Shown piece by piece: positions 9,150 to 17,447 of a DNA stretch of 57,930 nt. Source of the DNA: Poseidonia sp. (lineage in GTDB: Archaea; Thermoplasmatota; Poseidoniia; Poseidoniales; Poseidoniaceae); NCBI RefSeq assembly GCF_029250625.1, contig NZ_JAQXEX010000032.1, one strand, 5' to 3'. The notes under the pieces were generated by a model. That model saw only the letters and a list, made by a program, of their open reading frames with translations. It had not been told where the DNA came from and made no database searches. Position 1 is the first letter of the stretch. The number at the start of each line of letters is the position of its first letter. The position numbers and the translations under genes are program-made.

Positions 9150-9716
9150 ATGTACAAGGTAGTAACCAAGGAAGATACCATCCGTATTCCTGCAGAATAC
9201 ATGCGAAAGGGCCAATCTTTGGACCAACACATTGACCGTCTTTCAATGAGTGCTTTTGAAGGACGATTTGACGAACAAAACCGCTTCATTCTCGTCACAA
9301 ACAATCACAAAACCATTGGACGAGGACGAATTATTCACGGTGACGGAGCGATTTATCAGCGGGTTCAATTCGACGCTGTTCTCTTCTGCATGGACGACTA
9401 TGAAGTCGTTGAAGGGGCAGTTTCTGAAATCAATGAGTTTGGAGCATTCGTACGAATTGGCCCAATGGAAGCTCTTCTCCACAAGTCGCAAATCATGGAA
9501 GACACCGTTGAAGCTAACATCGGTAAGGGAATGATTGAGGGGCGCAAAACTGGAAAGCAAATCGGCGTCGGTTCATTCGTCCGTGCCCGAATTGTATCCT
9601 TGTCTCCTGATACCTCCGACCCACGACGCTCTAAGATTGGACTCACCAGCAAGCAACCTGGTTTGGGATGCCCTGAGTGGAAGATGATCGACAAGAACAA
9701 CGAAGGAAGTGACTGA
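9150..9716 (+). CDS. rpoE: DNA-directed RNA polymerase subunit E' (Rpo7), S1-domain containing
   Basis: MYKVVTKEDTIRIPAEY...GAVSEINEFGAFVRIGPMEALLHKSQI (Rpo7 N-domain plus S1 fold). SD AGAGGTGA lies 5 nt upstream of the ATG at 9150. The track start at 9141 is a GTG inside that SD. Confidence 0.9.
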   Translation: MYKVVTKEDTIRIPAEYMRKGQSLDQHIDRLSMSAFEGRFDEQNRFILVTNNHKTIGRGRIIHGDGAIYQRVQFDAVLFCMDDYEVVEGAVSEINEFGAFVRIGPMEALLHKSQIMEDTVEANIGKGMIEGRKTGKQIGVGSFVRARIVSLSPDTSDPRRSKIGLTSKQPGLGCPEWKMIDKNNEGSD

Positions 9717-9717
9717 A

Positions 9718-9921
9718 ATGGCTAAGAATCCATTTGCATGTGGCGAATGCCATCTTGTCCTTGCAGAACCTATTGACCAATGCCCTCGTCATCCGTCTGC
9801 TCCTGTATCCTCCGATTGGACAGGATACGTCATTATCATGCAACCGGAGCGCTCGGAAATAGCCAAGCGCTTGAAAGTCGTATTACCGGGCAGATATGCT
9901 CTCAAAGTCAACATTCGATGA
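9718..9921 (+). CDS. spt4: Transcription elongation factor Spt4 (RpoE'')
   Basis: MAKNPFACGECHLVL...CPRH...SDWTGYVIIMQPERSEIAKRL..LPGRYALKV fits the Spt4 pattern, with a partly degenerate Zn ribbon (C-x2-C...C-P-x-H). It directly follows rpo7, the conserved archaeal order. SD-like GGAAGTGA lies 5 nt upstream of the ATG at 9718. The track start at 9709 is a GTG. Confidence 0.8.
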   Translation: MAKNPFACGECHLVLAEPIDQCPRHPSAPVSSDWTGYVIIMQPERSEIAKRLKVVLPGRYALKVNIR

Positions 9922-9931
9922 GGTGAACACC

Positions 9932-10255
9932 ATGAACATTAACGAAAGAATAGAAAACAAACTCCTAAACCGAATTGAGATCTCCTTCAGTTGGAAACAC
10001 GAAGGAACAACAACACCTTCCCGAAAGGACATCATGGACTTGGTGCGCACACTTGAGCCAGGTTCTAACCCCGAATGGATCGTTGTCAAGAACTGCGAAA
10101 CTCGATACGGGCAACCGCTGACCACAGGAACTGCATACATCTACAGTTCTCAAGAAGCAATGGCCGTTGAGCCCAGTTTCATCAACAAGCGCCATGAACA
10201 ATTCCGCTCTGGCTCCTCAAATGCTGATGATTCTTCTAACGGGGGTGACCAGTGA
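9932..10255 (+). CDS. rps24e: 30S ribosomal protein S24e (eS24)
   Basis: [38 protein letters not shown] matches the S24e N-terminal pattern. SD GAGGTGA (9920-9926) overlaps the spt4 stop and lies 5 nt upstream of the ATG at 9932. Acidic/Ser-rich C-terminal tail. Confidence 0.85.
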   Translation: MNINERIENKLLNRIEISFSWKHEGTTTPSRKDIMDLVRTLEPGSNPEWIVVKNCETRYGQPLTTGTAYIYSSQEAMAVEPSFINKRHEQFRSGSSNADDSSNGGDQ

Positions 10256-10422
10256 TGGGTGACGGTCCTAAGGCCTCTGCAAAGTGGTCAAAGTACAAGG
10301 TCGAAGACGGAAAACTCGTCCGTGCTGAACATTGCCCTGAATGTGGTCCTGGTGTTTTCCTGGGCCAACATGACGACCGCAAGTCGTGTGGTCGTTGTGG
10401 CTACACAAGCATGAACGAGTGA
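10255..10422 (+). CDS. rps27ae: 30S ribosomal protein S27ae (eS31), 55 aa; missing from the supplied ORF track
   Basis: My own translation: [55 protein letters not shown]. It has the C4 zinc ribbon CPxCG...CGRCG typical of S27ae. The ATG shares one nt with the rps24e stop (TGATG). SD GGGGTGA lies 6 nt upstream. Conserved S24e-S27ae gene order. Confidence 0.85.
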   Translation: MGDGPKASAKWSKYKVEDGKLVRAEHCPECGPGVFLGQHDDRKSCGRCGYTSMNE

Positions 10423-10427
10423 GTGTT

Positions 10428-11396
10428 TCACTCCTCTTCGTAATTAACCGGTGCAGTTCCCTCGAAGGGGCTGTTCTTCCACGTGCCGTTGTTGAAAAGA
10501 ACAAGCGCGCCGCCCTTTACCGGCTCAATATGAACGGGGATTTCGTCCCATTGATGGCGCTCATTACGGGTTGATGTGATGAGTAGTTCTTCTCGCCAAC
10601 CCGCAATTCTCCATCCTTCTAGCGTAGGGTCCCATGATGCGAACTGAATGGGTCCATTGAGTTTGATGGTTCGAAGCAGTTCTCCCTCATGGACCCATGT
10701 CAATTCACCTGTAGTAGAACAGATGATTTCATGCGTTCCTTGTTTGAAATGATGCTCAAGCGGCGCCTCGGGGCCGACTGCGATGAACTCCTCAAGCAAG
10801 GCTCCAGTAGCCAATGAGCGACGTTGGATTCGGCCACCTCGCGAGGTTAATGTGAAGGAATCTTCGTTGAGGTGGAGGGCAATTGTCTCGGCGTTTCTTG
10901 GACGTTTTTTTGGATAATTCCACGTTGGTTCCGCCATTCTCCACAATTCGTCAGCGTCTGGTGTGAGTCCGTAAACCCCCGTTCTCCACAACACAAAAAC
11001 CAGATGTTCTCCATTTGCAGCGAGAGCCAAAGGTTCAGAATTGAGGACATGGGACCAGATGTTCCCCTCGGGATGCTTTGCTTTTTCAATGGTACTTTTT
11101 GTTCTAAGGTCTGCACGAGGAGGGCCGCTCTTGGGCGCAGAATCCAGGGGTATGCATCCCATTCGTGCCATCATCAGTTCGCCGTCAATCCATGTGGCGT
11201 AGAGTCTGTCATTGAGTACGGTCGAGTGACTGATTTTCATCGGAAATGGTTTTGCATGGGGGTGGCGAGGTTTCAATTCCTCTCCCAAGAGAAGAACCTC
11301 TCCATCCATACCCAGCACTATCAATCCCCCGTCGTATTGGTGGACCCGTGACGGGAGGAAAGGAATCGCCGGAGGCAGGCCTTCGTCCATGGACAT
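10428..11396 (-). CDS. Hypothetical protein (322 aa), possibly beta-propeller-like
   Basis: Long ORF with repetitive beta-strand-like segments containing W/G (LYATWIDGEL, LVFVLWRTGVYGL, ELTWVHEGEL, GWRIAGWREEL). No signal peptide and no catalytic motif recognised. Confidence 0.5.
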   Translation of the reverse strand: MSMDEGLPPAIPFLPSRVHQYDGGLIVLGMDGEVLLLGEELKPRHPHAKPFPMKISHSTVLNDRLYATWIDGELMMARMGCIPLDSAPKSGPPRADLRTKSTIEKAKHPEGNIWSHVLNSEPLALAANGEHLVFVLWRTGVYGLTPDADELWRMAEPTWNYPKKRPRNAETIALHLNEDSFTLTSRGGRIQRRSLATGALLEEFIAVGPEAPLEHHFKQGTHEIICSTTGELTWVHEGELLRTIKLNGPIQFASWDPTLEGWRIAGWREELLITSTRNERHQWDEIPVHIEPVKGGALVLFNNGTWKNSPFEGTAPVNYEEE

Positions 11397-11465
11397 AAGT
11401 TGGGCCTTTCATATGTGAAACCTTGTCCTCGGTGGGGTCAAATGTAGGAAGGGGCTGCGAGGGTC

Positions 11466-12425
11466 ATGGGCGCAGAAAGCATCGCTCTTATCGTAGTCAA
11501 TTGTTCTGATGTTGCGAGTTTGAACCAAGGTGAAGCCTTGAGGGGAATGAGGGCATGGGGAGATGGGCCTGACGTTGAAGGGCACCGCTCGTTCGCTTCA
11601 GAGGACGTGCGCATGTGGTACCTTTCGGAACATGTCCTCAGCGAGAATTACCTCGATCGGCGTTGGTTTGAGGCAACAGGAGAACCCGTGCGAGAGGTGA
11701 TTTTTCCGTCACGCCATTCAGCAGCAAGCGGGCAAGCCTCGTTGACCTTGCATCCAATCGGAATTCCACACATGCCCGTTGGTGAATTGGGAACTTATGG
11801 AGGGATCGGGGGCAGAGCACCTCCTCCAAACAGCCGCCTTGCGCCTTGGTGGAGGATGCTTCAGCAACGATGGGGCAATCACCCTGAACTGTCAAATTTT
11901 GACCTTTCCCTGGAAGTAACCCATCACGGACCTTATCTTGATGCCCCTTCTCTGTTTATTGAAGTAGGTTCTACCGAAGCCACTTGGGGACATATGGGTG
12001 CCGCACACCTTCTTGGAACCATCATTCATGATGGGCTGTTTGACCCATCTGTCGTGACCTCTTGGAATGAAACCGAACATAGAGATTCTTTGGTCCTCAT
12101 CACGCTTGGAGGTGGACATTATGCACCCCGTGCGAATGTCCTTGCGGGTCATGACGGCGTTTGGCTTGGACATATGCTTGCGACCTACGCTCTTCCTTTC
12201 GTGAAACAAGAAGGCGTCCCAGGGGGGGCTTGGTCACAGGCCATTGAAGAGGCAGTCCGCTCAACTCAACAGGCATTTCCAGGCGGGAAGATTGTGGTTT
12301 ACATGGACAAAAAGTCGTTCAAGGGCTGGCAGCGTCAAGCCATTAGAGATTATTTGGTGGCTCATAACTTACCACTGATGACTTCGAAAACGTTCTTGGT
12401 GGCGCTTGGGATTGTTGAGAATTAA
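11466..12425 (+). CDS. dtdA: D-aminoacyl-tRNA deacylase, archaeal type (DTD2/DtdA)
   Basis: FPSRHSAASGQASLTLHP, LEVTHHGPYLDAPSLFIEVGSTEATW and TLGGGHYAPRAN match Pyrococcus Dtd2 motifs (ASRHSS..ALTTH, EATHHGP..PSFFIEIGS, GIGGGHYAP; recalled from memory). Confidence 0.8.
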   Translation: MGAESIALIVVNCSDVASLNQGEALRGMRAWGDGPDVEGHRSFASEDVRMWYLSEHVLSENYLDRRWFEATGEPVREVIFPSRHSAASGQASLTLHPIGIPHMPVGELGTYGGIGGRAPPPNSRLAPWWRMLQQRWGNHPELSNFDLSLEVTHHGPYLDAPSLFIEVGSTEATWGHMGAAHLLGTIIHDGLFDPSVVTSWNETEHRDSLVLITLGGGHYAPRANVLAGHDGVWLGHMLATYALPFVKQEGVPGGAWSQAIEEAVRSTQQAFPGGKIVVYMDKKSFKGWQRQAIRDYLVAHNLPLMTSKTFLVALGIVEN

Positions 12426-12464
12426 ACACAAAGGGTCAAAGAGCGCCGTTTAGGAGAGAGCGAC

Positions 12465-13442
12465 ATGGTGGGCTGGGTATCTCGCACAATTGTAGGGGCA
12501 ACCGTCCGCATGCCCAAATGGTTCGTCCGTTGGGTCAGCAGGCGTTATGTTGCTGGTCCGGAGCTATCGGATGCAGTCAGCATCATGAAACGCCTTTCTG
12601 GAGAAGGGACATGTTTTACCATTGACGTATTGGGCGAAGAAATTACTTCAATGGACGAGGCACAATTTTTCTATGACGAATACGTTCGGGTTATCGAAGC
12701 CATCAATGCAGGACAATTTGATGCTAACCTTAGCATTAAACCTACAGCCTTTGGTCTCCTCATTAACAGAGAAAAAGGAATGGATAACATCCGTAAACTG
12801 GTCGAATTGGCCTCAGAGAACGATATGTTTGTCCGTCTTGATATGGAGGACCACCGCGTCACATCCGATACCATTCAGGTAGTCAAAGACCTTCAATCTG
12901 AAGGGCTAACCAACGTTGGGACAGTAATTCAAGGTCGTCTGCACCGTTCGCTTGCGGACATCACTGATTTAGAGCAAGAGCTTGGTCCATTAGCCGATTA
13001 TCGCATCTGTAAAGGCATCTATTTGGAGCCAGAGGACATTTCTTTCACCCAATACAGGGACATTGTTGATGCTACAAACAGTTGCATTGATCGGATGCTC
13101 GATGCCGGTGCTTATGTCGCCATCGCTAGTCATGACATTCCGGTGATTGAATATTCCAAATCTGCGCTTGAATCGTTCGGAATGGGTCCCGGGAAAGAAG
13201 ACCCTCGCCCTAATGCCAACAAAAGTCGTCGGCATAAAGGCCCTGGATATGAATTCCAAATGCTCCTTGGTGTGCGTGGACCGATGCGAAGGAAACTTGC
13301 GAGTCAAGGCCACCGAACACGCATTTACATTCCGTACGGCAAAAAGTGGTACGAATACAGTATACGCCGTCTAAAAGAAAATCCAACGATTGGTACTCAA
13401 GTGGCCAAGGCATTTCTGATGCCCTGGACCAACCGCCCGTGA
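12465..13442 (+). CDS. Proline dehydrogenase (monofunctional PRODH family)
   Basis: RYVAGPELSDAV, FTIDVLGEE, NLSIKPTAFGL, VRLDMEDHR, GTVIQGRLHRS, RICKGIYLEPE, YEFQMLLGV, YIPYGKKWYEYSIRRLKENP: the typical Pro_dh pattern. SD-like AGGAGAGAG lies 4 nt upstream. Confidence 0.8.
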   Translation: MVGWVSRTIVGATVRMPKWFVRWVSRRYVAGPELSDAVSIMKRLSGEGTCFTIDVLGEEITSMDEAQFFYDEYVRVIEAINAGQFDANLSIKPTAFGLLINREKGMDNIRKLVELASENDMFVRLDMEDHRVTSDTIQVVKDLQSEGLTNVGTVIQGRLHRSLADITDLEQELGPLADYRICKGIYLEPEDISFTQYRDIVDATNSCIDRMLDAGAYVAIASHDIPVIEYSKSALESFGMGPGKEDPRPNANKSRRHKGPGYEFQMLLGVRGPMRRKLASQGHRTRIYIPYGKKWYEYSIRRLKENPTIGTQVAKAFLMPWTNRP

Positions 13443-14240
13443 TCACTTGCGAGGCTTTTTCCTTCGCTTGAAGGAAGGCGAAACTCCACTTTTTATCTCA
13501 TCCTTCGGACGGATAGGATTTGGGTTATGGCCCAATTTCCCTTCTTTCCAAGCCTGGCGTCGTTCACGAGGTGTACGAGGAGCGAAGTGCTCAGGTTGTG
13601 GGGGTTCATGGAGATACATTCGCTTGATATCTGGGGCATGGACCGTTCCTCGTAGGGTGCGGCCAGTTCCAGTATGAATGGCTCTTATACGCCATGTTTC
13701 TCCGTTATGTTCCATGAGTTTGGACGCTGTGAATGTCGTTTCTTGAGGGACGATGATGACTTCGGAGTATGAGTCTTCTCCTCGTGTCAAGGTCATTTTA
13801 ACTCGGACTTTGTCGGTGCGAATGGCCGTAATTCGCTCGATATCGGTTGCAAGAGCATGCTCTGGTTGTTTTCCATCTGTGGTTTCAATCTGATGAACCC
13901 TCCAAAGTTTTTCATCTTCATCGAAAACATCGTTAATTACGAATTCTTCATCAGCATCAATGACCAATACGATACGATGAGAGTTTGGTCCATCCGTGAG
14001 GATAAATGGAATGTTCTTGGCTGGTGGTGGGCGGAATTCGACGGTGTGGACGTTCGAGCATACTTGGCAGCGAACGAGGAAATCAGCCCCATCACCGATT
14101 TTCTTCTCCTTGAGAATATCGTGGCCTTCGAGTTCATCGCATGTTGGGCAATGCGTTGCATTTTCGAGAATCTCTTCCTCTTCTTCCCATTCATCCCCAT
14201 CTTCCACGGCAAGGCCCCAATTGGTCCGCGTTGCCCCCAC
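13443..14240 (-). CDS. Zinc-ribbon protein with acidic N-terminus and strongly basic C-terminal tail (conserved archaeal hypothetical?)
   Basis: CPTC...(x26)...CQVC zinc ribbon near the N-terminus, a beta-rich middle, and a C-terminus RERRQAWKEGK...SFKRRKKPRK. GTG start in the track. Family name not assigned. Confidence 0.55.
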   Translation of the reverse strand: MGATRTNWGLAVEDGDEWEEEEEILENATHCPTCDELEGHDILKEKKIGDGADFLVRCQVCSNVHTVEFRPPPAKNIPFILTDGPNSHRIVLVIDADEEFVINDVFDEDEKLWRVHQIETTDGKQPEHALATDIERITAIRTDKVRVKMTLTRGEDSYSEVIIVPQETTFTASKLMEHNGETWRIRAIHTGTGRTLRGTVHAPDIKRMYLHEPPQPEHFAPRTPRERRQAWKEGKLGHNPNPIRPKDEIKSGVSPSFKRRKKPRK

Positions 14241-14305
14241 CGTTTGAACCCATCGTAAGACAGCGGCAAGCGAGCCTTGAAATTAAACGGGGATAAGGAA
14301 GGCCC

Positions 14306-15046
14306 ATGGAGGAGCAACAACCGTCACTTGAGCGTGACGAAATACTCACTCATTTGCTGGCTCAAGACACGAACCAGCCGAGAGATGAGCCCGAAGTAGC
14401 CGCCAACATTGGTGAGCAGTTGAAACATATGGGTTTGTCAACTTGGTCCATCTCTATACACCGGAGGTTGAGGGATGCTTTAGGCGCATTATCTCCTGAA
14501 CGCATCTTGGAAATCGGTGGAGGTATTGGGCATCGGACGGCTTGGTTATACGACCTCTTTGAACGTCAAGAAGGCTCACCTTCCCGATTCACTGTGGTTG
14601 AACAGGGAGCGAAATTTGGAGTAATTATTCACAGACTCATGACTCGTTTCGGGGCTGAAGATTGGACCAACATTGTTGTTGGCGATCCCATTCAACTCGC
14701 TGCAGAACACGCTGCATGGTCACTGGCTACAACAACAACAGCAGAGATCTCAGAGACCCCCTTTGTTTCCAATTATCAAGCCATTGTGATCGACGGGCCA
14801 TCACCCCAACGAGCCAACCTCGTCAAGACCTACATGCCTTTCTTAGACCAGCAGGGGGTTCTGTTTACTGTTGAGCCGGATATGCCCACTGGAGATGTTG
14901 ACCCAGATGACGAGCAAGGTATGGCATTGGTTGATGGATTCAATTCTTGGATGGAACTGGTTCAAGAAACACAAAAGACCCATCACGTCGCATTTATGCC
15001 ATTATTTGGTGGCACTTTGGTAGCCTGGCTCCCTCGATTACTCTGA
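14306..15046 (+). CDS. Class I SAM-dependent methyltransferase-like protein (O-methyltransferase family 3-like)
   Basis: Motif I ILEIGGGIGHRTAWL, then FTVVEQGAKFG, VVGDPIQL and YQAIVIDGPSP...LDQQGVLF, resembling the COMT-like layout. SD-like AAGGAAGG lies 3 nt upstream. Confidence 0.5.
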   Translation: MEEQQPSLERDEILTHLLAQDTNQPRDEPEVAANIGEQLKHMGLSTWSISIHRRLRDALGALSPERILEIGGGIGHRTAWLYDLFERQEGSPSRFTVVEQGAKFGVIIHRLMTRFGAEDWTNIVVGDPIQLAAEHAAWSLATTTTAEISETPFVSNYQAIVIDGPSPQRANLVKTYMPFLDQQGVLFTVEPDMPTGDVDPDDEQGMALVDGFNSWMELVQETQKTHHVAFMPLFGGTLVAWLPRLL

Positions 15047-16225
15047 ATTCGCTTGATCCAACAACGCTTCGATTTGGAGAAGACCGTATCCGAACCTGTC
15101 ATCATGGCCACTTTGGCCTTCTTTCGGAACTGCTGAGTCCATTAACCACGTTTTGACGAGGTTAATGTTATCGGCGCTGCCTTGGGAACCGTTGGCCTTG
15201 AGTGAAGGGTTTTCTTCAAGAAGAAGGGCGAGTGCGCCAGTGACGTAAACGGTTGAAGCACTCGTACCGTCAGCTAAGCCCCAACCGCCATCCTTTGTGA
15301 GCACAGGAACTCGTTCACCGGGCGCTACAATCTCTGGTTTTTTGTGTGGGTCGTTGCGGGGAAGAAGAACAGGGAGTGGGAGGAAACGACCGTTGTTGTC
15401 CCCTTCCGATGAACCAGACCACGACGTCCCTCTCAATGTTGACCCGCCGACAGAAATAACGGCGGTTTCGCTTGATGGATGGGAAACGTCCCCATCGTCA
15501 TCCTCTCCACCATCGTTTCCTGCTGCGGCTACCACGTAGATGCCGGCATCGATCGCTTCGTTAGCAGCGTCTCCGGAGCTCCTGCCTGTTCCAGGCAAAA
15601 ACGGCAGGGCGTCAGGTGCGCCACCGAGAGAAAGGGAAATGATGTGAGCACCGTTGGTTACGCACCAATCAATGGCTTCAGCAACCACGGAATCATCACC
15701 GGATCCACTTGCTCCAAGTGCTTTTGCAATCAACAAGTCTACATCGTTTGCTACACCCTTAAGCCATCCATTTGCCGATATGATTCCCGCCATTGAAGTC
15801 CCGTGACCGTTATCGTCGTAAGGAGTCGACCGTCCATTGATGAAGTCTTTCCAATCCTTGAGTTCCATACCGTTGAAGTCACTGTGGTCAAGGTTGATGC
15901 CAGAATCCACGATGCAGACCGTTACTCCACTTCCGTCATGTGATCCGCTCAGGTGAATCAAGTCGTTGTAGCCTACATGACGCTCAAGAGCTTCCTCACT
16001 CGGTCGGAGCAAGATTGCTCCATCGCTGAGAATGACAGCAACAAGGTATCCTGTCGCCAAAAGAAGGGTCATTCCTAGTGTGATGCTCACTATCGCTTTG
16101 ATCATGGCGAGATCATCGGACGCAGATTCTGCAAGCAGTGGAGGGGGCTCAATCTGATGGTTTTCAACTTCTCCAGTAGCTCCATCCCTAAAAAGGACAG
16201 ATTCATTGGGTTGAATTTCGTCCAC
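15038..16225 (-). CDS. Membrane-anchored subtilisin-like serine protease (peptidase S8)
   Basis: Catalytic triad motifs VCIVDSGINLDHSDF (Asp), DDNGHGTSMAGIISANG (His) and DGTSASTVYVTGALALLLE (Ser). A single N-terminal TM helix (IVSITLGMTLLLATGYLVAVIL) follows a ~45-aa cytoplasmic head. The GTG start has SD GGTGA 4 nt upstream, overlapping the sufS stop. Confidence 0.85.
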   Translation of the reverse strand: MDEIQPNESVLFRDGATGEVENHQIEPPPLLAESASDDLAMIKAIVSITLGMTLLLATGYLVAVILSDGAILLRPSEEALERHVGYNDLIHLSGSHDGSGVTVCIVDSGINLDHSDFNGMELKDWKDFINGRSTPYDDNGHGTSMAGIISANGWLKGVANDVDLLIAKALGASGSGDDSVVAEAIDWCVTNGAHIISLSLGGAPDALPFLPGTGRSSGDAANEAIDAGIYVVAAAGNDGGEDDDGDVSHPSSETAVISVGGSTLRGTSWSGSSEGDNNGRFLPLPVLLPRNDPHKKPEIVAPGERVPVLTKDGGWGLADGTSASTVYVTGALALLLEENPSLKANGSQGSADNINLVKTWLMDSAVPKEGQSGHDDRFGYGLLQIEALLDQANSE

Positions 16226-16229
16226 GATA

Positions 16230-17447
16230 TCACCCTAAGGTGTGGACTATTTCACTTAATGTATCTACGAATCGCTTTACTTCTTCTTCCGTGTTGTAGA
16301 AATAGGCTGATGCACGGAGTGAACCCTGATTGTAACCGTGATGCTCAAACCAAGAATGGACGCAATGTTGGCCACTGCGGACCATGACTCCAGCGGCTTC
16401 ATCAAGAAGGATCGCCACATCATGTGCAGGCAGAGATTCCATGAGAATCGAACAAATCCCACCACGCTTTGATGGGTCTTGGGGTCCAATTATGTTCAGC
16501 CCCGGAAGGTCTTTCACCCCGTCGGTCATGATGCGATTCAATTTGATTTCGTGCTCATGGACCTGATTCATGTCAATGTTTGAGAGGTAATTAATGGCTG
16601 CACCAGATGCCATCATTCCGGAAAAGTTACCCAAACCGCCTTCAAAGCGAGAGGGTGGTTTGGCCCATGTTGCTTCTTCGTAGGTTGCTGAAATTACAGT
16701 TTGCCCTCCAGACTGGATGGTCCGCAAACCGTCAAGATGCTCGTACTTACCCCAAAGTCCACCCATGCCTGATGGGCCACACATCTTGTGGATTGAAAAT
16801 GAAAGGAAATCGACATCTAAGTCTTGAACATCAATTTTCATGTGAGGCATTGATTGAGCGCCATCGACTGATACCAATGCACCGTGGTCATGTGCAATTT
16901 TCGCCACCTCTTTGATTGGAATCGTGACGCCATCAAGGTTTCCAACATGACTCATCGATACCAAGCGCAATTTTGACCCTGCTTCGGCGCAAGCGTTTTC
17001 AAACGCCTCCAAATTGAACGAGTTGTCCTCGTTGCTGGTTACAACGCGGTGATCGATACCTTGTTCCTTCTCAAGTTGGAGCCATGGAACCAAGTTGGAA
17101 TTGTGTTCCCGGTCAGACGTGAGTACTACGTCTCCTTTGTCCCAAGTTAGGCCGTGAGCGACTTGATTGAGTGAGTGAGTTGCGTTCCTCGTGAATACCA
17201 CTTCGTTCGAATCTTTCGCATTGATGAACGACCCCAAGGCAACTCTTGCATCTCGGACCGATTTAGAAACAGCAGTTCCATAGCGATGAACTGAGCGACC
17301 TCCACATCCAGGTACTTCGGTGTAATAGTGATGAATGGCATCAATAACAGGTTGAGGTTTGAGGGTGACACATGCATTATCCAAATAGGTCGGAGCACCC
17401 TGTTGGGTAAGCGTTGGGAAATCCTTTCTTAATTCTTTAAAATTCAT
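16230..17447 (-). CDS. sufS: Cysteine desulfurase, SufS/CsdA-like class V aminotransferase
   Basis: PTYLDNACVTLKP, PLP-Lys motif SFSIHKMCGPSGMGGL and catalytic Cys RSGQHCVHSW. I prefer the ATG at 17447: GGAGG lies 7 nt upstream, and the ATG shares one nt with the upstream stop (TGATG). The track start at 17453 is a TTG. Confidence 0.85.
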   Translation of the reverse strand: MNFKELRKDFPTLTQQGAPTYLDNACVTLKPQPVIDAIHHYYTEVPGCGGRSVHRYGTAVSKSVRDARVALGSFINAKDSNEVVFTRNATHSLNQVAHGLTWDKGDVVLTSDREHNSNLVPWLQLEKEQGIDHRVVTSNEDNSFNLEAFENACAEAGSKLRLVSMSHVGNLDGVTIPIKEVAKIAHDHGALVSVDGAQSMPHMKIDVQDLDVDFLSFSIHKMCGPSGMGGLWGKYEHLDGLRTIQSGGQTVISATYEEATWAKPPSRFEGGLGNFSGMMASGAAINYLSNIDMNQVHEHEIKLNRIMTDGVKDLPGLNIIGPQDPSKRGGICSILMESLPAHDVAILLDEAAGVMVRSGQHCVHSWFEHHGYNQGSLRASAYFYNTEEEVKRFVDTLSEIVHTLG

